From Stegostoma tigrinum (taxonomy: Eukaryota): a stretch of 64,000 nucleotides of DNA. Under the pieces are notes generated by a model, which was not told the origin of the DNA, ran no database searches, and worked only from the letters and a program-made list of their open reading frames with translations. The stretch is from positions 80,832,835 to 80,896,834 of the forward strand of contig NC_081356.1 of the NCBI RefSeq assembly GCF_030684315.1. Direction: 5' to 3'. This document shows positions 29,101-41,100 of this stretch, one piece after another (the first letter of the stretch is position 1; each line of letters begins with the position of its first letter). A program made the translations under genes and the position numbers.

Positions 29101-32100
29101 ATCCCGTGAATTAATAAAGAAAAAAAACTTAGACAATTAAATTAAGAAAGACAAAGATAAGAAGGATTGATTACACAGGCAAGTGATTGATTATTAGGAC
29201 AACAATCCAGTCTGCGTCCAAATGCAGTCATGACAATATAAAGATGTTGCATGCTTGCCTTCTTTCTGCTTGGTCCTATATTCCAGTATTTCCCTTTACA
29301 CAAAAAAAGTTTCCAGATTGATACAATCATCTTTTGCATGAGCTTCAAGCAAAACAAACTCCAAAACCATGAACCAAATCTACTATTCATCTCCTTTTTA
29401 ATTCGTTCGCATCAAGACAGGAAAGACCAGCTCTACCACTCTCTCATCTTGTTCACACTCGTGCATCTTTCCAAGTTTTCAACCAACTAGCTTCATGACT
29501 TCTGTGATGAGTCAGTAACACGAACACAAATCAAATAGACAGAACTCAAATTTCTAATCATACTGGATGTTCCAGAGTGGTCAACTTCACTGCCAAATAC
29601 TGAGTTATGTGCAAACTTCATCAGCATTACACAACTTGAGACATGGAGCAGACTAACATGAATTCAGGAAATTTGCTATCAAATCTTCTCGAAAAAGGGT
29701 GGGAACCAGAATACTTCGCTACACTCATTTTGGCAAGGTTCTCTGTTGAGAGTCACAACCGATTAATATTGATGAATTTTTCCAAACAAAACATAACTGA
29801 CCAGAGTCTTAATTTGTTACAGCTAATGCTAGAATAGCTGCAGACATCATTACACTGCTGCTATAGTGCAACTTTTCAATACTTACAGCTGTGATTTGAT
29901 TCACCTATATTTTCAAACATCTTAAAATAAACAATAGAATTCTCTACATTTACATGCCTTAATACCAAAGGAATGAAGGGTAGTCAGCAAGCTTCCTTCT
30001 CACCGTCTCAAATCCCAGCCTAACATATTCTGCTGTGTAAACGTATATCAAATCAATTGTAAAATAACTTAATGCCTTCATGCAATCTCAGATTGATCAA
30101 TCCCATAGTCGATTCAAAGTGACAACTTTGCTGTGGGGAGGCTGAAGGTATTTTTGCCATTTACAGAAGTGCATACACAATTCTTAGCAAGGGCCAAATG
30201 TCTCACAAGAACACAAAAAATTCTTAATGACAAAAATCAAGTCTTACATTCAAACATGTACAGTATTTGGCCATTTAGAGGAGCAAAGCAGTACGTTAAA
30301 CACACACAGTATGGCTTTAAAACAAGTGTCAAATGAATTATCTAGAATATTTCTTACAATGCAAGAATCATTTCTTCCTGCATCTTCTGCAGAGAATCTA
30401 GCAGTAAAGGAAGCGCTTTATCATAATACTGTTCCTGGTGTAGTTGGGCCCCCTTCACTGCCAACACATACTGGTTATGCAAATTATGAAGTTTCATGGT
30501 GGCCTTGTCAAATCTGTCTTTGGCTTTTTCTGTCTCTTTGCCTGTAGGAGGAAAGAACAAAAATGGAAACTTCAGAAATTCAACCTTTGTTACAAAGGAA
30601 ATAAGCCTGCCATTTTCTGCAACATTCGTTTGTAATGACTCAGTCTAAACCAATTCCAGGATTACAATTCTAAGTGAAACAACTCCCAACCCTAAATGTT
30701 ACTAGTTTAATTTGTGGTTTTCAAAAGGAGACAGATTTTTGTTGGCCAAAAAATATCCTGACAAAGGTGATGTATGAAGTGTGGTGACTGACCAGTCATG
30801 GCTTCAGTGAATAGCAGAACAAGCTCATGGGTCCAGATGGCTTGCTCTGTTGCTGCACTCCAAAGTCTTCTCAGATTCTAAGTAATCTATTGGATAATAT
30901 GCATTTATTCCTTTGGTGATCTTGTCAAAAGAATTCTAGATTTAAGGTCAATGGTTATTTGCTTTCAAAGCCTACGTTCTCTGATCTGCTCCATTCAATT
31001 GAAGGACAATCATATTGAAATGATTGTCAGTTTCTGCTGAAGTGCCCCAAGAAGACAGAGAATGATCCAAAAGATAATAACATCCTGTGACATTTTGGTA
31101 TTAACTTGCCTTTTGAAAGAGCTTCTTTATATTTTTCCTTGGCGGTGGAGGCTTCTTTAGCTAGTTGTCTATAGGCAGACTTCAGCTTTTCAAGTTCGGT
31201 CTTCGTTACCTGAATATAAGTATTGAAAGGTTTTTATCAAAGTGCTGCTGTAAATATAGTGTTCATTTCCAAAGGGAAGCTGGGATCAAGGATAACAAAT
31301 AGCATTTCTATTTAGGCACAAGTATAATGTGATGCACATAGCCAGAGTGAGGAGGACTTTTGACATCAGGTTACAAAGTTCACTGTAAGTATCATTGACA
31401 CTGGAGGCTCTGTGGTCAGCAGAGAGAAAAGATTGCTTAGGCTTGCAGCTACCATTGCTGGATGGGAGACAGATACGATCTCTAGTCAGTCACATTGCAG
31501 TCATCTAAGGATTCCAGGTTATTTGTTCTAACAAGATCAGGGGAGAGAGTTGCACACATTTAAAAGAAAACAGAAAATAGTGCATGAAAACAGTAACTGA
31601 AAACAGTAGCATCTGTGAAAAGAGCATAGAAAGCCCGCTGGAAGCCAGGAGCAACTATAGACTGCTTGCTGACTGTAAGTCCACGGTGAGAGTAATGGGA
31701 AAAAAAAATGTTCAGTCAATGGTGCTTTCAGTCATTTGCTTCATTAAAAGACTTAGATTTAGTGGGAGAATAGTTAGTGACACAGTCCAAAATACAGAGT
31801 GAGCGAGCAAAATCACACTTGATAGCTCAAACAACCCATGAAAAATCAAGGATAACAAATAACAAAAACAGTCACCCCATAGGTGCAAGTGACAAAAGAT
31901 GGTGCATTACTCCACCAACCATGAGCTGTTAATCTCTCTTAATTACTGAGAGGCTCACTAGTGAGTCGAGGGAAGAGATTTCGGCACCTGTGTCAATGAT
32001 CTTTGTGCCCTCACCGTCTACTGTAGTAGTACCAGATGATTAGAGGGTGGCAAATATTATTCCCTTGTTCAAGGAAGGGAATAGGGATAACCCTGGGAAC

Positions 32101-35100
32101 TATAGACCAGACAGTCTTACTTCTGTGGTGAACAAATGATTGGACGAGATTCAGAATGAGAGCATTTTTGATTATTTGGAAAAGGTATCGTCAGCATGGC
32201 TTTGAGGGGGGCAGGTCACGCCTTACAAGCCTTATTGAATTCTTTGAGGGGATGACAAAATACATTGATGAAGGTCAAGCAGTGGATGCGGTGTATATAG
32301 GTTTTAGCAAGGCATTTGATAAGGTTCCCCATGGAAGGCTCATTCAGAAAGTGAGGAGGCATGAGACTCAGGGAAATTTGGCTGTCTGGATACAGAATTG
32401 TCTGTCCAATAGAAGAAAGAGGGTGGTAGTAGATGGAAAGTATTCAGCCTGGAGTTCGGTGACTGGTGGTGTTCCGCAGGGATCTGTTCTGGGAGCCCTG
32501 TTCTTTGTGATCTTTATAAATGACTTGGATGAGAAAGTGGAAGGGTGGACTACTAAGTTTGTCGACGACACCAAGGTTGGTGGAGTGGTGAATAGCATGG
32601 TGGGTTGTTGTGGGTTGCAGCGGGACACTGATAGGATGCAGAGCTGGGCAAAGAAGTGGCAGATGGAATTCAACCTGGAAAAGTGTGAAGTGATTTATTT
32701 TGGAAGGTCGAATTGGAATGCTGAATATAGGGTAAATGGAGGATTCTTGACAGTGTGGAGGAAGAGAGAGATCTTGGGGTCCATGTCCACAGAGCCCTCA
32801 AAAGTTGCTACCCAAGTTGATAGGGTTGTTAAGGCATATGGTGTATTGGCTTTCATTGGCAGTTGGATATAAAAGCCGTGAGGTTATACTGCAGGTCTAT
32901 AAAACTCTGGTTAGACCACAGTTGGAATATTGAGTTCTGGTCACCTCAATGTAGTAAGTATGTGGAAGCTTTAGAGAAGTTGCAGAGGAGATTTACCACG
33001 ATGCTGCCTGGAGTGGAAGGCAGGTTTTATGAAGAAAGGTTGAGGTAGCTAGGGCTTTTCTCTTTGGGGCAAAAGAAGGATGAGAGGAGCCTTGATAGAG
33101 GTATACAAGATGATGAGAGGCATAGACAGAGTGGATATCCAGAGACTTTTTCCCAGGGCAGAAATGACTATTATTAGGGGGCATAATTTTAAAGGTTTTT
33201 AGAGGAAGGTATAGGGAGATGTCGGAGGTAGGTTCTTTACACACAAAGTGGTGGGTGCGTGGCATGTTCTGCCAGTAGTGGTAGTGGAGTCAGATACATT
33301 AAAGGATATTTAAGAGACCCTTGGAGAGGCACATGGATGATTGCATAATGTAGGGTATGCAGAGTAGTTAGATCTTAAGAGTAGGATAATAGGTCAGCAC
33401 AACATTGTAGGCTGAAGGGCCTGTACTGTGCTGTTCCATGTTCACTGTTTTATGTTCTAAAAGATGAGCAGACATTTCTTGAGAAACTCAGCCAATCTAG
33501 CAGCATCTGTGGCAAGAAAGACCAAGCCAACATTTTGAGTCAAGCAGCCCTCTGTCAGAACCAAAAACGATGACAAGGTGTGGAGAACTGGGAGCACAAG
33601 GAAGAGAGGGGTTAAAAAGGATCCGGGGTGCCAAGAGAGAAACAGAAAAGCAGGAAACAGTCAAAGGGATTACCCATAGCAAATCTAGGAGTAAATAAAC
33701 ACTGCGTAGTCGCTAACAGGTACTGTGATGAGTTGAAAATGAGTTAACTGTGCTGGAAGCAAACAAAATCCTTGTCTTGTGGTCTGAACTTGACTTAAAA
33801 AGTTTTATGTAGAGATTCTCAGACAATTGACTTTTGGAAGTCAACATCCTAACAGGTTTGCCAGCATGCACTTTAAATGAAAGTATCAAAAGGGAAAGAA
33901 ACTTGAAATTACCAGAAAAAATAAACTAAAAGAATGTTGGGGATTCCATTTGCTTGCAATTAATTTTGGCAGGTGCTGCAGCTGGGAGGAATTTGACCCC
34001 GTGTACAAACCACTGAGATACAGAACTGGAAGTAATACCAACCACCTCAGCAAACCAACGCATGTAAATAACAAGCGGACAAAACACCAATGCTTCACCA
34101 GAGCCACACTCTGATATATTACCTAGCAGGGTGACAAAATGTTTGCAACTAAACCCACTGGCTTAGCGAGCATTTCTACAAATACTTTAAATATTTACGG
34201 GCACAACACCCTCAAAATGGCCCACAGATGGGAAACAAATGCCATCCAGGTGAGCATGACCCACAAACAACTGTACTTCCCGCACAAATGCCTCAGAAAG
34301 CAGGGACTAGCACAAAGCTTAAAGCATAAACCACCTGCCAACAATCCACAGGACAGCTGAACAGAATGGCTGCAGAATGATAAGGGTTATGATCAACAAT
34401 GCCCACAACTGCCTCCACAATTATGAACGTGAAATTGTGCACCAAAAAAAAAATGCTGTACCCCAATGCAACCAACCAGGAACGGATATCCACACTGGAA
34501 CAAGCCATCAGCATACAAAAACAAAAAGACCAGAACAAAGAAAACAATAGCCCTTCAAGAAAAACGGTTCAAAAAAAAAATCACCCACACCAACGACACA
34601 GATTCATAGATTAAAAACATCTCGGACCAACCACTTACAGACACGGAGAAAACTCCTGGTATATGGACTGAGTTGTAACTACAGAGAAGCTAAACAGACC
34701 AAATTCCTGGTTGCGCTGGAATTGACACCAAAGAACAGTAGGCTCATAGAAGAAGTACAACAGACGACAATCCCAACAATGAGCAGTGAGCAAGAAAAAA
34801 GGAAACTGGAGCACATTCAACAGAAATAAAAAAGAGGAAAGCTCTGGAAAGACTCAAGACAGACAGGAACATTGTAATCTTACCAGACGCATGACAGTAA
34901 TCCTCAATACATCAAGAAAGCTAATGTCACAACTAGCAAATACCGACATCAACGGACCCAACAGCACAGGTAGGGAAATGGATTACAACGACCCTAAAGA
35001 AATTACACAACTCAGGAGACATCAGTAAGACAGACTACCAAAAAAATGAAGCCAGGGAATCTAACACACCCTGACGCCACAGGCTCCCTAGGGTACACGA

Positions 35101-38100
35101 ATGGGTGTGTGTGCGCGCGCGCGCGCGTCTCAGACCCACTAGCTCACCACCAGGCACACCAACATATATAGACTGGCCGAAAAACTACAACAGGGACTGA
35201 AGTATTCAGTGGGCAGCACTACCCATTCCATCCACTCATCATCATCATCATCAAGGACACCAGGATAGAAGAGGACAAGATGATGCTATTCTTCAACATA
35301 ACAGCACTATTTACATCCATAAACAATCGACCTAGCCAAATACAATTGCCACACTGCTGGACAAATCAAGTAGGCAGGCAACCCAGGACACCAACATCAG
35401 TAAGGACACTTGCACGAAACTCCTACGTCACAACTTCACCTCACAACCCACTTCACCTTCAACAACAGCATACATAAATAAATCAACGGAACATCAATGG
35501 GATCCTCAATATCAGGGCTGGTTGCAGAAGCAGTAATACAAAGATTAGAATGCACAGCACTCCCCAATGCACAACCCAAAAACTTTGGGTCCGGTAGGTA
35601 GAAGACACCTTTTTGTGATTATTAAAATGTGCAAAACTAAAGGAAATCCACTGACACAAACAATACCGTTACTGGGATAAAATTCATGCAAGAAGTAGGG
35701 AACAACAAGTGAGTACCCTTCCTGGGCACAAATGGTAGAATGCAAAAACAACAGGAAAACTCCAGACTAGCATAGATAGAAAGACCACGTATATGGACTA
35801 GATACTCAATTATACTAACAACCACCCCAACACCCACAAATGGAACTGCATCAGGACACTACTTAAGCGAGCCACAACACATACAGCAACCAGGAACAAT
35901 GCAATAGCAGAATAGGTACGGAGTCTTCAAAAGGAATGGATAGCCAAAAAGCACGATCCACCGTTACCTCAGAGGCAGTCCTCAACAGGAAGACACAACA
36001 CAACCAAACTTGCTAATCACCCAAATACACATTAAGGACATTTCAGATATGACCACAAAGCCATTCAGACACCTAAGTATCAAAAGTAGCCCACATGTCA
36101 ACAAACACCTTATGATAGCTACTGATGAACGTAAAGGATCCTGTACAAAACTAGCAAAACCAGTGTAACATACAAAATACGATGCAAGCACCATGAGAAA
36201 CACTACATAGGCCAAAGCAGGAGAAAACTGACAACACAGATACACGAACACCAAGAGACACAGCCAATTCTGACCTGTCTCACTACATATGAACAACAAG
36301 GTACACAAATTTGCTTAGCAAGCAAAAATTTATCTAGCCTGCCTTAAACACATTCAGTGAGGTAGCTTCAACTGCTTCACTGGGCAGGGAATTCCACAGA
36401 TTCACAACCCTTTGGGTGCAGCAGTTCCTCCTCACCTCAGTCCTACGTCTACTTCCCTCTATTTTGAGGTGATGCCTTCTAGTCCTAGTTTCACCTGCTA
36501 GCGGAAACAACCTCCCTGCCTCCACTTTATCTATTCCCTTCGAAATCTTGTAAAGATCCCCCCCCCTCATTCTTCTGAATTCCAATGCGTATAATCCCAA
36601 TCTACTCAGTCTCTCCTCATAATCCAACCCTCTCAACTCTGGAATCAACCGAGTGAATCTCCTCCGCACCCCCTCCAGTGCTAGTATATCTCTTCAAGTA
36701 AGGAGACCACAACTGCATATAGTACTCCAGGTGTGGCCTCATCAGGACCCTATACTGCTGCACCATAGCCTCCCTGGTGTTTAAACTCCTTGAGCAATGG
36801 CAGACAAAATTCTATTTGCCTTTTTTAATTACCTGCTGCACCTACAATCCTACTTTTAGCGATTCATGCACAAGGACACCCAAGTCCCCCTGTACAGCAG
36901 CGTGCTGCAGTTTTTTACCATTTAAAACATAGTCCATGTTGCTGTTATTCCTACGAAAATGGATGACCTCACGCTTATCAACATTATACTCCATCTGCCA
37001 GACCTTTGCCCACTCATTTAGACTACCTATATCCCTCTGCAGACTGTGTCTTCTGCTCACTTTGCTCTACCACTCACCTTAGTGTCATCTGCAAATTTTG
37101 ACACACCACATTTAGTCCCCAACTCCAAATCATCTATGTAAATTGTAAACAAATTTTTGATCACCACACTGAAAAAAAGGGTGGTGAAGTGCTCCTTGAA
37201 GGGGTACAAAATAGTTCCAGAAATGAGGAAACATAGCTGCAAAACATTTGCTTGTAGAAACAAAGGATTGTATTCATTGGAGCAAAAGAGCTGGAAGGAA
37301 GGGAGCTCCGATTGAGGTATACAGATTTAGGTAGTTATCAAGAGAAAAGCTGTCAACATGAGCTCAAAGGACTACAAGTCAAATTTCATGCTTTGGGCAA
37401 AGATTGGTTGCAGTAAGTGGTAATTACTTCAAATATGCTGGCCACAACCACATGACCACATGACCACAAACTTGCAGAACTATGGGCATACCGTGAAGAA
37501 ATGGCACTGACTAACTTGCACTATTGGGATCTGACACAGCCTTGATTGACTTCCGTCCGTGCTATACTGACTACATGACCGAAAAGAACAACAGTATGCA
37601 TTTACATAACACAAAACAAGCAAAAACTAAGAACAGGTCAAAATTGGCAAAGTATACATCAGCTTGCTATAATGCTGGAAACCTGTGCACAGGAGGCAGC
37701 CATCATTAGTATCTCTTCATTCACATTCAAGTACTATTTCTCAGCATCATTCCAAACAAAAGCAATGAAAGATTAATTCTTAACATGCTAAGAGCAGGCT
37801 ATTACAGATTCAATGCTGCAATTGGTTCCACCAGAACCACTTGGTTTTAGGACTCATTGCAGACTTGATCCAGGTAAGGATTCGACAAGTGAATACTATA
37901 AGCAGCATTGGAATGGACAAGACAAGACTGGCATTAAAAAATAAGAACACAAAGAAACCAACTTAAAATTTCGTAGGGGGTCAAAAGAGGACTACAAAGA
38001 AACTTCAGAAAAGATTTATTACATAGATGCTAGAATGGCTCTGTATAGTTTTCTCAAAAATCAAAGTCAATCCCAGATGACTTGACAGAGCAGTCAAGCT

Positions 38101-41100
38101 ATACCTTTTTATGTTGATGTGATACCAAAAATTTACTTTCTGATGTTCAGTACAGAAAGATGAACTTAGCGTTGCATCCTATTTCTCAGCAGTTAAAAAT
38201 TATGTTACACACATCATCAATTTGACCGACATGAAACCCATCATCACGCAACAGTAAATTCATATTGGGCAATCACAAAGTTAACTACATCCTTCCTGGT
38301 TCACTCCAAGAGCCACTAACCCTACTGCAAGTCTACTTGTCTCAGGTCATTGATTCTTGCTGTGAATTTGCATCTTAGTGAAAATCATTATTTTCAAAGC
38401 AATATTAATGCTCAAGTCAACTTAGTCCTGCCTAGCCTGACGAGTCAATCGTTTCACATTGTAAATAACGTGAAAGAACAGACAATTAGCAACACTACTG
38501 TAACAATTTTCAATGCAATTTGTTTGATAAATCAAGATTATTAACAATCTGATACAACTAGATATAATGGTCAGGAACGGAATGGGCTGAAGACGGAGCA
38601 TTTTGCCAATGTTAAACTGTAGCAAATTTCAACTCACTGCATGTCAAATAAACAGTCTGACAATTTTATTAGCAGCAGTAGGGTCAAGCCAGATGATGGG
38701 CAAGGCCAATGAGCATGTCCAAGTGGAATACATGCCCTTGCCAAAGGTAACATACAAATGAATGAGAAACAGAGAGAGGTGTTGAAGGGCTCGTGAGTAT
38801 ATGGTGCAGGAACAATGCGTGATGAGCTTGCAAAACACAGTTCACATAAAAAAAACACTATCACTTGATCCCATCTGGCCCACCCCTAAAACCAATGCTC
38901 CCACATTTTCTCTCATCTTCCATTATGCCATCTCTGAACACACCTTATTTCTCAAACTCACCTCTTACTCCCTTGGCTGTCTTCCCCTCAAATGTTAAAT
39001 CCTCATACTTCCTTTCTTGCCCCAAACCCAACACCATAAATGGTTCAATCTGAAGTATTGCCTCTCATGCTGGCAAAAATATAAATGTGATCACCCCTCA
39101 AACAACTCACCCTTGAAGCTTGTCTACATGGTAGATTAATTAGTAAAGTTAGATCACATGTGATTCAGGGAGAGCTTGTCAGTTGGATACAAAATTGCCC
39201 TACTTGTGGAAGGTTGTTTTTCAGAGGCCTGTGACCAGCAGCGTTCCACAGTGATCAGTGATTGGTCAATTTTTGTTTGTCACTTATGTCATCCATTTAG
39301 ATAAGGATTTAGGACGCAGGGTTAGCAAGTTTGCAGATGACACCAAAGTTGGTGGTGTACTTGAAGGGGGTTATCTAAGGCATAGTGAAGAAGAAGGTTA
39401 TTTAAGATTACAAAGTGACCTTGATCAATGGGGCCAAGCAGTGGCAGGTACAGTTTAATTCAGACAAATGAGAGGTATTGCATTTTGCTATATGAACAAG
39501 TTGGGGGGGACCTATATTGAAATTCGTAGGGCCCTGGGGTAGTGTTGAAGACAGACCTATGGGTTCAGGTACATAATTCATTGAAACTGATGCTGCAGGT
39601 AGACAACTTAGTCATGAACACGTTTAGCATGCTTTCCTTCATTGCTCAGACCAAAGAGTATAGGAATTGGGACATCATGTTGTTGTCCTCTTTGATCCCC
39701 TAGGAAACTGGTGAGGTCACTTTTGGAGCAGTGTACAGTTCTGGTCACCCAACTATAGGAGGGATATTATTAAAAATTGGACAGGGTTCAGAAAAGATTT
39801 ACCAGTATGTTCCGGGACTCAAGGGTTTCAGTCGTAAGGATAGGCTGGGGCTTTTTCATTGGAGCAAAGGAGGTTGAGGGGCTGCCTCATGGAGGTTTAG
39901 AAAATCATAAATGGCACAGATAAGATGAATAGCCAAATATCTTGTCCCTCGGGCAAGGGAGTTCATGGGGGGGCATATTTTAAAGTGACAGGAGAAAGAT
40001 TTAAAAAGGGTTCTAAGTGGCAACCTTTTTTTTACACCGAGGGTAGTTTCTAAGCAGAATGAACTGCTCAATGCGGTGGTAGATGAAGGTACAGTTACAA
40101 CATTTAAAAGACATTTGGATAGGCACATGAATAGGAAGGGTTTAGAGGGATATTGGCCAAATGCAGGCAAGGGATGAGTTTAGTTTGGGAAACTCAGTTG
40201 GCATGGACTAGTGGCTTGTTGGGTCTGTTTTTGTGCTGTACGACTATGACTTTAAGGTCTTGCTATTTATTTTTAAATATGTCTTTACAATTTACTTGTA
40301 TAATCCATTTTCTCCCTCTTTATAAGCTTTTAAGTCATCCACTACTGGTTCCTAAAAAGAAGTCCCAAACCTCTGGTTTACCAACAGTTTTCACTGCTTT
40401 GTATGCTTTAGTTTTTGTGGGTGATTCATCCTTCTCATTCAGTCTCTCTTCTCAACCAAAATAAATTTTTGCTTAGAATTACAAAATATCTGCCTAAATA
40501 GGTCACTGTTCATCCATTGACTTTGCTCTTCATCCAGCCCACCCTAGATAACTCTTTTTTTCATACCTCTGTAACTACTCCTATTTAACTACTCCTGTTT
40601 AAATACAAAAAACTAAACATGTTCCCAATAGTAGTCTCAGTCAAAACATAGAATTACCTTGCACACTTCAGCTTCCAGTTGTTGTTGCATGCCTTGATAG
40701 CTTTTCTTGACTTGCTGCTTATCTTTGATCATCATGGTCAATCTGTACAAGGGTCCTACATTTAGGTCTTCAGCATGCGTTTTCATTATTCTGCTCAACT
40801 GTTCTGTCTGATGTACCATACAGGTCCAAGACTTGAAAGCCAAAGTTAAAAAGATCCAAAAGACCAAAAGTGAGCAGGTAAGTCAAAACAGTGTTTTTCA
40901 ATCAAAGCATCATACTGTCTTGATTATATGAATACATTTCAATTTATTCTTTGCCATTCAGAAACCAGAATTCTATTATCACATGCTCACAACATATGTT
41001 AGCATTTAGAAATTACTCCTCCATTTTAATTTCTATCAGTGATGCACTTTTCACTCATGGCATTATATTAATCTGCCAAGAGGCAGGGACATTCTGAATT

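Noticed and set aside
32156-32872. 238-aa reverse transcriptase ORF as a functional or domesticated gene (or retron/DGR-like system)
   Set aside because: 5'-truncated CR1 ORF2 piece with flanking frameshifts and a standard CR1 3' tail
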